A stretch of 45,945 nucleotides of DNA. Origin: a virus. Lineage: Duplodnaviria; Caudoviricetes. The notes below the pieces were generated by a model. That model worked only from the letters and a program-made list of their open reading frames with translations. It was not told where the DNA came from and ran no database searches. The translations under genes were made by a program, and so were the position numbers. Below are positions 16,416 through 23,266 of the stretch, piece after piece. The stretch is from positions 1 through 45,945 of IMG/VR virus record IMGVR_UViG_3300005764_000028, one strand, 5' to 3'. Positions within the stretch are counted from its first letter, which is position 1. Each line of letters starts with the position of its first letter.

Positions 16416-16470
16416 GGCGAAACGCCGCTTCGCGCGGCGTCCGCGGGTGTGTGCCCGTGCTGACGAGCCC
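16415..16470 (+). ncRNA. Type II hammerhead ribozyme 2
   Basis: GGGC-GAAA-CGCCGC TTCGC GCGGCG-TC^-CGCGGGT GTGT GCCCGTG-CTGACGA-GCCC; stem II covaries with copy 1 (GGAC/GTCC vs GGGC/GCCC); predicted cleavage after C16441. Confidence 0.93.
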
Positions 16471-16495
16471 CGTCAACGAGAGGAGAGTGTGTCTG

Positions 16496-16666
16496 ATGGA
16501 CAGGGTGGTGACTGAGCGGGTGACGCGCCAGACGGCGCGGGCTAGTGATGCGCTGCGGGCGCTGCGGGCGGCGAAGGATGCCGAGGCGCAGTTGGCTGCG
16601 GCGCAAGCGCTGGAGTCGGCGGCGTGCCAGTTGCGCCGGGCGTTGAAGTCGGCGGTGCAGGCATGA
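16496..16666 (+). CDS. Small Ala-rich helical protein (56 aa)
   Basis: ATG 16496 after GAGAGGAGAG. Confidence 0.65.
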   Translation: MDRVVTERVTRQTARASDALRALRAAKDAEAQLAAAQALESAACQLRRALKSAVQA

Positions 16667-16752
16667 GGCGTTTGGTGGCGGACGCGCTGGTGGTGTTCAC
16701 GTTCGCGGTGCTGCCTGGGTTGGCGACGGTTTGGGTGTTGGTCAATGTCTAG
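16663..16752 (+). CDS. 29-aa membrane peptide
   Basis: ATGA overlap; MRRLVADALVVFTFAVLPGLATVWVLVNV. Confidence 0.55.
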   Translation: MRRLVADALVVFTFAVLPGLATVWVLVNV

Positions 16753-16777
16753 AGAGGTCAACGAGAGGAGAGTTTCG

Positions 16778-17101
16778 GTGTTCGCTATTCACTTCAGCGA
16801 CGACGCTGGCGAGTCGTTCCTGTCGGCGGTGACGCACCTGTCGGGCTGGACGGTGACGATCACACCGTACGGCGGCGGGGAGCGGTTCGACGCGGTGATC
16901 CGCGGCGGCGACTGGGACGGCGAGACGTACGAGCATGTGCTGGTGCGTCGTCTCGACCCGGTGTCCCGCGAGCCGATCGGGGGGGGTGTTCAGCGTCAGG
17001 GCGAAGCGGATCACGGTGCTGTAGGCCCGCTCCCAGAGCGCCCCTTCGGGGGCGCTGGGGGAGCATGCCGTGGTGGCATGTCGACGAGAGAGGAGAGGTG
17101 A
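16778..17101 (+). CDS. Early hypothetical protein; probable frameshift at a G8 run, natural stop likely TAG 17022-17024
   Basis: GTG 16778 after GAGAGGAGAG; as read, the frame runs through the downstream hairpin and RBS. Confidence 0.55.
   Translation: MFAIHFSDDAGESFLSAVTHLSGWTVTITPYGGGERFDAVIRGGDWDGETYEHVLVRRLDPVSREPIGGGVQRQGEADHGAVGPLPERPFGGAGGACRGGMSTREER
17029..17080 (+). other. Structured intergenic RNA: long stem with internal loop and UUCG tetraloop, plus a small second hairpin
   Basis: GCTCCC-AG-AGCGCCCC TTCG GGGGCGCT-GG-GGGAGC, then CATGCC GTGGT GGCATG. Confidence 0.6.
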
Positions 17102-17277
17102 TGCAGGAGCAGGGTTTCACGGTGGAGGTGCAGGTCGACGTGTTGGCGTCGAGCCCGGAGGCGGCGTGGCGGCATGTGGCGTCGCAGATCGAGGGCAGCT
17201 TCGGCATGCGGGTGACGGCGGTGTTCGACGAGATGGGCGAGCGGTGCGATGAGCCCGGCGAGGCGGTCGGCTCATGA
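17101..17277 (+). CDS. Small hypothetical protein (58 aa)
   Basis: ATG after GAGAGAGGAGAGG; FTVEVQVDVLASSPEAA motif. Confidence 0.65.
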   Translation: MQEQGFTVEVQVDVLASSPEAAWRHVASQIEGSFGMRVTAVFDEMGERCDEPGEAVGS

Positions 17278-17504
17278 GGCGCGGCCGTCCGATCTCGGAG
17301 TCGCGGATGGACGCGGCGGCGCTGGAGTTGCTCGACCGTGTGGGCGCGTCGGTGCTGGTGCTGGCGCATGCCGAGGAGGAGTACGAGGCGTCGTTGCTGG
17401 CTGCACTGGACGCCGGCGCTTCGTATTCGGCGGTGGCGCGGGCGGCTGGCGTGAGGCGGCAGACGATCCACGAGTTCGCGGCGAAGGCTCGGAGGGAGGC
17501 GTGA
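17274..17504 (+). CDS. Helix-turn-helix DNA-binding protein
   Basis: AALDAGASYSAVARAAGVRRQTIHEF. Confidence 0.8.
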   Translation: MRRGRPISESRMDAAALELLDRVGASVLVLAHAEEEYEASLLAALDAGASYSAVARAAGVRRQTIHEFAAKARREA

Positions 17505-17725
17505 GCGGTGTCGAGGCTCGCTTCATCAGGCGCGGCGATCGTGTCGTACTCGACAACGAGCGGGTGACCGTGGAGAGCGTGCGTTCGCTGAAGGGCGGCG
17601 GCGTTCGCATCAAGTGGGTCGGCTACGAGGCTGAGGAGTTCCTGGGCGAGGATCTGCTGGAGGTCGAGGCGCGTGACACGCTCGCGACGGCGTTCGGCCC
17701 GCGTCGAGGGAGGTTCGGCTCATGA
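17501..17725 (+). CDS. Small SH3/KOW-like beta protein
   Basis: GTGA overlap, GGAGGGAGG RBS; IRRGDRVVLD..VTVESV. Confidence 0.6.
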   Translation: MSGVEARFIRRGDRVVLDNERVTVESVRSLKGGGVRIKWVGYEAEEFLGEDLLEVEARDTLATAFGPRRGRFGS

Positions 17726-17952
17726 AGGACGGGCGGTGGCATTGCCCGCTGTGCCTCCCCGGCGCGGCGTGCGACAAGCACCGCGGCTACGAGGAGGAGC
17801 TTGGGCTCGCCGAGGCCGAGGCGGTCGAGCGCGAGCGCCGGGGTGATGTCCTGTGGGCGTCGCGTCGCTATCTGTGGGCGATGGAGGAGTACGGGAGGGC
17901 CGAGGCTGCGCGCGACGAGGCGGCTCGGCTGGTCAACGAGAGGAGCGAGTGA
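17722..17952 (+). CDS. Hypothetical protein with CxxC..C..H motif (76 aa)
   Basis: ORF track; ATGA coupling. Confidence 0.65.
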   Translation: MKDGRWHCPLCLPGAACDKHRGYEEELGLAEAEAVERERRGDVLWASRRYLWAMEEYGRAEAARDEAARLVNERSE

Positions 17953-18062
17953 TGGCCGTAAAGAGGCGTCTCGTCCAGATCGGGCAGGCGGCGTTCCTCG
18001 TGTTCGCCGCGTTGTGGATGCTGGTCGCGCTGGTCGCGTTCGTGCTGGTGGTGACGAAGTGA
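17952..18062 (+). CDS. 36-aa membrane peptide
   Basis: MAVKRRLVQIGQAAFLVFAALWMLVALVAFVLVVTK; GAGAGGAG RBS. Confidence 0.6.
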   Translation: MAVKRRLVQIGQAAFLVFAALWMLVALVAFVLVVTK

Positions 18063-18136
18063 CGGCCGTGTTGACGTGGGCGCCGTTCGCGTTCCTCGCG
18101 TTCATGGCGTGGCGGGACTGGCGCTCACGACAGTAG
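18059..18136 (+). CDS. 25-aa membrane peptide
   Basis: GTGA overlap; TAVLTWAPFAFLAFMAWRDWRSRQ. Confidence 0.45.
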   Translation: MTAVLTWAPFAFLAFMAWRDWRSRQ

Positions 18137-18796
18137 CCGCCGCCGTTCGCGGTCACGGTCGAGAGCCTCCTTCGGGAGGCTCTCGCCGTTCCAGGGGTCG
18201 GTGCTGGCGATCTGGGCGGCGCGTTCACGGAGCCTCCTGGGTGGGCGGAAGTTGTGCGGCAGCAGGTCGCACAGGTGGGCGAGCGCCTCCTCGTACAGCA
18301 CGCGTTCGGGCTCGCGGAGGTGGGCGTAGCTGTCGATGTGGATGATGTGGACGCGCTGGAGGATGGCGCGGTGCCAGCGGTTTTGCTGGCGCAGTTCGGC
18401 TAGGGCGTCGGCGATGTGGGCGAGCGCGGGCGGCAGCTTTACGTCGCGGTCGTCGGCGTCGTCCATGTAGCTGGACAGCCGGACGATGCGGACGACGGGG
18501 TGGTCGAGTTCGGGGTGGGCGTCTGCGGAGCTTCGGATGACGGAGCGCCTGTCGTCCATCGGGTCGTAGTGCCAGCCGCCGGCGCCTTCGCAGTTGGTGC
18601 AGGGGCCGTGTCTTGTCTTGCCTGAGCCGCTGCACTGCTCGCACTTGCGCCACGATCGTGCGCTGCGTTTCCCGGTTGGCGTCATGAACCCGGAGCGGCT
18701 GTGGTTGCGCGGCGCGGCGGGCGCGGGCAGCGTGTCGTGCAGCCAGTCGAGGCAGAGCGCGACGACGACGGGCGAGCGGCGGTGGGGCATCCTCAT
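18125..18796 (-). CDS. Protein with a DnaJ-type Zn finger; candidate late transcription regulator
   Basis: CEQCSGSG...CTNCEGAG; last gene of the middle operon, the usual position of a Q-like or sigma-like activator (inference). Confidence 0.55.
   Translation of the reverse strand: MRMPHRRSPVVVALCLDWLHDTLPAPAAPRNHSRSGFMTPTGKRSARSWRKCEQCSGSGKTRHGPCTNCEGAGGWHYDPMDDRRSVIRSSADAHPELDHPVVRIVRLSSYMDDADDRDVKLPPALAHIADALAELRQQNRWHRAILQRVHIIHIDSYAHLREPERVLYEEALAHLCDLLPHNFRPPRRLRERAAQIASTDPWNGESLPKEALDRDRERRRLLS
18161..18184. terminator. Hairpin at the convergence of the early (+) and middle (-) operons
   Basis: GAGAGCCTCC TTCG GGAGGCTCTC, perfect 10-bp stem with C(UUCG)G loop. Confidence 0.7.
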
Positions 18797-18972
18797 TGCA
18801 GCGGGTCGAGGTCGCGCCTCAGCCGCGTGAGCTTGGCGGCGGTGGCTTCGTCCATCCACGGCGGCGGCGGCGGGCACGAGGTGCGCCTGTCCCAGTCGCG
18901 CACTTCGGCCGACGCGCGCTTCTTGTGCCGTCCGCGCAGCCGGTCGTGCTTCGGCAGCTTGCTGCGGGTCAT
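18793..18972 (-). CDS. Small basic hypothetical protein (59 aa)
   Basis: ATGA couplings; GGAGGAG RBS. Confidence 0.6.
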   Translation of the reverse strand: MTRSKLPKHDRLRGRHKKRASAEVRDWDRRTSCPPPPPWMDEATAAKLTRLRRDLDPLQ

Positions 18973-19244
18973 GTCGGCTCCTCCCCGGCGGACGGGTCGA
19001 TGTGCGCGAACGGGCGGTCGTGGTCGTAGGTGAAGCCGTGTTCGCGTTGATGGCAGATCCAGCACAGAAGCTCTACGTCTTCGGGTAGCTCGCGGCCAAG
19101 ACGTTCATAGCTGCGGTGATGGAGTTGAAGGCGGCGTTGGCAGCCGCAGCGTTCGCATTTCTCGCCGCGGTAGCGCACGACGAGGTTTTTGCGGGCTCGC
19201 CAGAAGGGGGATTCGAGGTAGGCGAGGTATTCGTCGTGGGTCAT
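18969..19244 (-). CDS. HNH endonuclease (91 aa)
   Basis: YLESPFW...CERCG...LQLHHRSY..LG-x-E...LCWICHQREH. Confidence 0.88.
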   Translation of the reverse strand: MTHDEYLAYLESPFWRARKNLVVRYRGEKCERCGCQRRLQLHHRSYERLGRELPEDVELLCWICHQREHGFTYDHDRPFAHIDPSAGEEPT

Positions 19245-19942
19245 GGCTCGTCTCCGACGAAGTCCTTGTGCTCGGTCAGGGTGGCGGCGAGCGCGAGGAG
19301 TTCGTCACGGTCGGCGAGGGTGAGTTCGGCGTGCATCCGCCGCTCGATGACGCCGAACTCGTCGGCGGCTGTCTCGACGGTCATCGTCTCGCGGTCGAAG
19401 CCGTGGCCGTCGAGCCACGCTCGACAGGCGTGGGCGACCTTGGCCGAGGCGGGCGCCGCGAACGCGTTGGTTGTAGAACCCTCCCCCTCCTTTTCTGAAG
19501 GAAAAGGGGGAGGGTTCTTAGGGGACGGGCCGGGAACGGGCGCGCTGGCGCGCCCGCGAGGGTTCGTTTTGCGTGCGGTATCTGTTCGACCGTTCGTTCG
19601 GTCTTCGGTTCGCGAATCGTTCGCTTCGGCGTTCGCCATCCGTTCGGCCTGCCTCCTCAGCCGCATCCGCTCTGCATCAGGGCTGGGGTTGTAAACGGCC
19701 CAGTCGTGGATGACCAAAGTCCCGTCTTCTTGAGGGTCCAACCAGCCGCTTTCCACAGCCTTCTTCAGCAGCCGTTTCGTGACCGTTCTTGGCATCAAAC
19801 TCAGGTCGTTTGGGAGCCTTCCTTTGGTCTGAAAACGGGCGCAATACAGCATCACTTGGAGCCAAGACCAGCGGTTATCCACAGACCAGCCAGCGAACTT
19901 CGGGTGCTGATCGAAGCCGTCGTCGAGTCGCAGCCACGTCAC
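19241..19942 (-). CDS. Phage replication initiator-like (HTH) protein
   Basis: W-x-RLDDGF-x-x-HPKF N-terminus, G-x-x-x-IHDW-x-x-YN, then a repeat-rich linker and P-x-P-x-P; lambda O-like layout. Confidence 0.75.
   Translation of the reverse strand: MTWLRLDDGFDQHPKFAGWSVDNRWSWLQVMLYCARFQTKGRLPNDLSLMPRTVTKRLLKKAVESGWLDPQEDGTLVIHDWAVYNPSPDAERMRLRRQAERMANAEANDSRTEDRTNGRTDTARKTNPRGRASAPVPGPSPKNPPPFPSEKEGEGSTTNAFAAPASAKVAHACRAWLDGHGFDRETMTVETAADEFGVIERRMHAELTLADRDELLALAATLTEHKDFVGDEP
19582..19650. repeat. Clustered (G)TTCG repeats inside the initiator gene; candidate iterons/origin
   Basis: ctgttcgaccgttcgttcggtcttcggttcgcgaatcgttcgcttcggcgttcgccatccgttcgg: about nine TTCG copies in 70 nt. Confidence 0.55.
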
Positions 19943-20445
19943 CTCGTCACCTCCGTTCCGTCGTCGCAGACGAGCCGAAGCGCCGGCATGCCCGCCTCGT
20001 AGATCTCGTCGTCCATCTCGGCGAACGTGCGGACGACGACCTGCGTCCGCTCACGCTCGCCTGGGCCAGCCCACGCCTTCACGAGCATCTCGGCCACGAT
20101 CTGCGAGTCGTCGTGCCACAGCACGCCCGTGAGCGCGTCCTCGACGCCCCTGGCGATCTTCAGGCAGTCGGGGCGGGTCGTCGGCGCCTCGCTCGCGCGG
20201 CCCTTCGCGTTGAGCCCCTTCACGCCGAAGTGGCTCTTCGGCCGCAGCCGCGTCTCCCTGATCACCACGACGAGCGGCCCTTCCAGCAGCGGCCCGTCGT
20301 ACGCCTCGCTGGCGGCGTACGCGACGAGCGCCTTCCACGGCTTCGCGTTCGGGTTCGCGTCGGTGACACGGGCGCGGCCAGCCACCACGAACGCGCGCTT
20401 CGAGCCCGCAGGCTGCGCCCGGCCTAGAACCTCGAAGCTGATCAT
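19939..20445 (-). CDS. rusA: RusA-family Holliday junction resolvase
   Basis: QPAGSK..W...GPL...RPKSH...PDCLKIARGVEDALTGVLWHDDSQIV. Confidence 0.9.
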   Translation of the reverse strand: MISFEVLGRAQPAGSKRAFVVAGRARVTDANPNAKPWKALVAYAASEAYDGPLLEGPLVVVIRETRLRPKSHFGVKGLNAKGRASEAPTTRPDCLKIARGVEDALTGVLWHDDSQIVAEMLVKAWAGPGERERTQVVVRTFAEMDDEIYEAGMPALRLVCDDGTEVTR

Positions 20446-20573
20446 CGGGGACCCACGATCTCCGCGATCCACAAGACCGCGGCGAGGCGGGTGCGGTGGC
20501 CGAGGAAGCCGAGCCGAACGCCTGCGTTTCCCAGCAGGCATGCGGCCTGAAGCTGCTGATGCATATTATTCAT
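20442..20573 (-). CDS. Possible 43-aa hypothetical protein
   Basis: Fills the gap with ATGA overlaps at both ends; atypical codons. Confidence 0.35.
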   Translation of the reverse strand: MNNMHQQLQAACLLGNAGVRLGFLGHRTRLAAVLWIAEIVGPR

Positions 20574-21229
20574 TCGAGTCCCGCCGCCTTCAGCACGTCC
20601 GCCCACGACCCGTAGCGGCGTATGAGCGCCGACCGTGACGGCCGGTACCCGGACGTGTCCCACTCGGTTGACAGCGGCGTGTGCCCCAGCTGCTCGGCGA
20701 GGCTCCTCACCCTCGACTCGATCTGCGAGCGCGGCGTCTTGTCGTGCGCGCCGCCGCCGCCGCGCGAGATCCACCCGGACGCGAGGTGCTCGGCGTTCAG
20801 GCAGTGTTCGAGCCCGCACGTCGCCCACACGTCGATCCGCGACGACAGCGGCCCGTGCTTCTGCTTCCACGCGTACCGCTGCGCCAGCGTCCTGTTGTGG
20901 TTGGTGCGAACCCTGAACACCGGTCGGCCGCGCCAGTCGCGCAGGCCGTCCCACACGAGGTGGTCGCCGAACGGCACCGTGCGCGCCCAGAACCGCTCGC
21001 TCTCGGTGCCGTGGTCGCGGCGCAGCGCGTACGGCGGGTGCCCCTCGGCGCAGCACGCCCGGTGCCACGCCTCCCACAGCGCCTCGCCGTACAGCGCCTC
21101 GCCGTCGGCGCGCGCGGCGCGGTAGGCGCGCTGCAACGTGGACGACACCGGCTCGTCGGCCACTACCGTCAGCCAGCCCTGACATTTCTCCCGCAGGAAC
21201 GGCGTCGGCAGGTAGTCGAGGGCGCTCAT
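20570..21229 (-). CDS. Degenerate HNH domain fused to a homing-endonuclease-associated repeat
   Basis: RFWART...HLVW-x-G...AQRYAW...TCG-x-x-x-CLNAEHL, then LAEQLGHTP..EW...S-x-x-x-x-x-RRYGSWADVLKAAGL. Confidence 0.7.
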   Translation of the reverse strand: MSALDYLPTPFLREKCQGWLTVVADEPVSSTLQRAYRAARADGEALYGEALWEAWHRACCAEGHPPYALRRDHGTESERFWARTVPFGDHLVWDGLRDWRGRPVFRVRTNHNRTLAQRYAWKQKHGPLSSRIDVWATCGLEHCLNAEHLASGWISRGGGGAHDKTPRSQIESRVRSLAEQLGHTPLSTEWDTSGYRPSRSALIRRYGSWADVLKAAGLE

Positions 21230-21915
21230 AGCGCCTCCTCCAGCTTCATCTGGCCCATACGGCGCAGCGCCTCCTCTCGCTCGGTGGTTTGCAGGTAGCG
21301 CCGCAGCTGCCCGCCGATGAACTCGGAGTACGCGGGCGGGATCGCCTCGCGTAGCTCGTCGCGGTTCATCCAGTCGATGCCCATCGCCGCCCTGCCGGCG
21401 TCCGCGCCTGAGAAGTGCCCGACGATCTGCATGAACTCGCCGTCGCGCGGAGGACGACCCATCTTCACCTGCGGCGGGCGGCTGAACCGCAGGAACGGCA
21501 CGTCGAGCGGCCAGTTCGTCTCGAAGTAGCGCGGCCGGACGGTGCGGAGCCCCTCGAACATCTGCCCTTCGAGCACGACGGGGTCGCGCAGCGGCGCCCC
21601 CTCGACGTTCTCGATGACGTACGGCAGGCCCGTCGCGTCGAGCAGGTCGCGCACAGGGGCGACGAGGTCGGCGTGGACGCGTCCGCGCAGGATCTTCGCC
21701 TTCGAGTAGCCCTGGCACGGCGGCGACGCGTGGAGCGCGTCGAAGTTCATCAGCGGCACCAGCGCGAGCGCGGCCTGCGCGTCGCACTGGAAGAACGCGA
21801 ACGGGTAGTGCGGCTGACGGGCGATGTCGACGCCGGTCACGTCGAACCCGGCGCGGTGATAGCCCATCGCCGCGCCCCCGGCGCCGCAGAACAGGTCGAG
21901 GAGGCGAGGGCTCAC
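21226..21915 (-). CDS. C5-cytosine DNA methyltransferase (short phage type)
   Basis: Motif I LDLFCGAGG, motif IV ASPPCQ, motif VI IENV, EAIPPAY. Confidence 0.92.
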   Translation of the reverse strand: MSPRLLDLFCGAGGAAMGYHRAGFDVTGVDIARQPHYPFAFFQCDAQAALALVPLMNFDALHASPPCQGYSKAKILRGRVHADLVAPVRDLLDATGLPYVIENVEGAPLRDPVVLEGQMFEGLRTVRPRYFETNWPLDVPFLRFSRPPQVKMGRPPRDGEFMQIVGHFSGADAGRAAMGIDWMNRDELREAIPPAYSEFIGGQLRRYLQTTEREEALRRMGQMKLEEAL

Positions 21916-22445
21916 CCGCAACTCCATTGCCGCCACGAGCCGTCGCGTGCGACCGTCTGAGCGGCGCTGAGCGCGCTCGCGACCGGGTCGAAGGGTGAGA
22001 GCCCGAACGGGCTCCAGCCAAGCTGGAACAGCCCCAGGTAGCGCCCGTTCTGCGCGAACGGGTTCATCGTGGACTCGCAGTAGGCGACGGCTCGCATCTT
22101 CGACTCGCTCACGCCGAACACGCGCGAGGCGAGCCGGATGCCGTAGTCCACGGTCGGCGTCCAGCGCCGACGCATGGACACTCGAAGCCCCGATATCACC
22201 GTGTGGTTAGCTCTGAGCCGCGTGGCTGCGGCGTTCAGCGCACGGCGGTTATGGACAGCCCGCGTCGCCCACCAGCGAATCCGCTTGCCCTGGATCCGCT
22301 CGTGGACGGTGGCGGTGACGACGACGGTGCGGTAGACCGTCGCCAGCGATGTCGTCGTCGGCGGGTCAGCGGTGCCGACCGTGGCGAACGCGAGGCTCGT
22401 CCCGAACGCGAAGAGCAGCGTGGCGGCGGCGGCGTTGCGGGCCAT
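21912..22445 (-). CDS. Secreted Rpf/lysozyme-like transglycosylase
   Basis: Signal peptide, Thr-rich linker, VAYCES..N...NG-x-Y-x-GLFQ...W-x-x-W-x-C. Confidence 0.8.
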   Translation of the reverse strand: MARNAAAATLLFAFGTSLAFATVGTADPPTTTSLATVYRTVVVTATVHERIQGKRIRWWATRAVHNRRALNAAATRLRANHTVISGLRVSMRRRWTPTVDYGIRLASRVFGVSESKMRAVAYCESTMNPFAQNGRYLGLFQLGWSPFGLSPFDPVASALSAAQTVARDGSWRQWSCG

Positions 22446-23021
22446 CTATCCGCCCACCTCGACATGGCAGAGCGCCTCGTCGCCCCAGGTGTCCCAGCCG
22501 AGCCGCTGTCGGCGGGCGAACAGTTCGATGTACGGGCCGGGAGATACCTGCTCGATGAGGTCGTATGACCCGTCCGGCTTCGCCGAATGGATACGCCCTC
22601 CGTTGCCCTTCGCGCGGGGCGCGTGCCATCGCTGCACGCTGCCGTTGTTTCGCGTCTCGAACGCGAGCGTGCCCTTGCGGCACACGAGCAGGATTTCATG
22701 TTGAGGGCGGGGAAATCGGCCGAGCCCGAAGTTGATTTTGTCCCACACGATCTCCGAGACGACTTGGAAGCTCCACGCGCGAGCGCACCGCACGCCGACC
22801 CCCTCCCTGTTGAGTTGGGCGGGAACCCACAGATAGAGGTGCGCGCCGTTTGTCTCGGCGAGGTCTGCGACGGGCAGCGCCTCGATCCACTCCAGTGGCT
22901 GCGTGACGTACGGGAAGGCTGTTGCCCGCGAGCGGCGTCCGCCTGCGCCCGCCCAGGGCCGCTCGCGGCCCTCATGGAACGGCCACGGCGGGTCCGCGAC
23001 GATCGTGCGGTAGCGGGCCAC
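22446..23021 (-). CDS. MT-A70-family adenine methyltransferase
   Basis: IVADPPW, HLYLW, W-x-K...G-x-G...R-x-x-HE, HSAKP, IELFAR...GWD-x-WG-x-E. Confidence 0.92.
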   Translation of the reverse strand: MARYRTIVADPPWPFHEGRERPWAGAGGRRSRATAFPYVTQPLEWIEALPVADLAETNGAHLYLWVPAQLNREGVGVRCARAWSFQVVSEIVWDKINFGLGRFPRPQHEILLVCRKGTLAFETRNNGSVQRWHAPRAKGNGGRIHSAKPDGSYDLIEQVSPGPYIELFARRQRLGWDTWGDEALCHVEVGG

Positions 23022-23266
23022 TTCTCGCCCCTACGCCACCCCCGCCTTCGCCAACCACCAGCCAACCTCCAGCACGCGCGAACGGATGCAACGCCGTGCA
23101 ACGGCCGATGGAGCCACGCGGGTTACCTCATGGTTCCACGGCAGGCCGCTTTCTGACCCCGAACACGGCCTACCGCCTGGACAAAGGACTTGGGACCAAA
23201 AGGAAGGGCGCTGACCAACCAGCGCCCAACCCCTGAACGACGAACCGCGGTGCGCGGCGTTGCCGA
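23022..23266. other. Candidate attP region
   Basis: Only sizeable non-coding gap next to the integrase 3' end; contains the TGCAACG direct repeat (arm-site-like); core not identified. Confidence 0.45.

Noticed and set aside
21226-23021. Restriction-modification system
   Set aside because: No cognate restriction endonuclease; both look like orphan phage methyltransferases, which are common
23120-23205. Short matches to tRNA-Pro anticodon arms (TGGAACCATGAGGT on minus, TTGGGACCA on plus) as an attP core
   Set aside because: Too short and no T-arm or acceptor half follows; cannot be supported without the host genome
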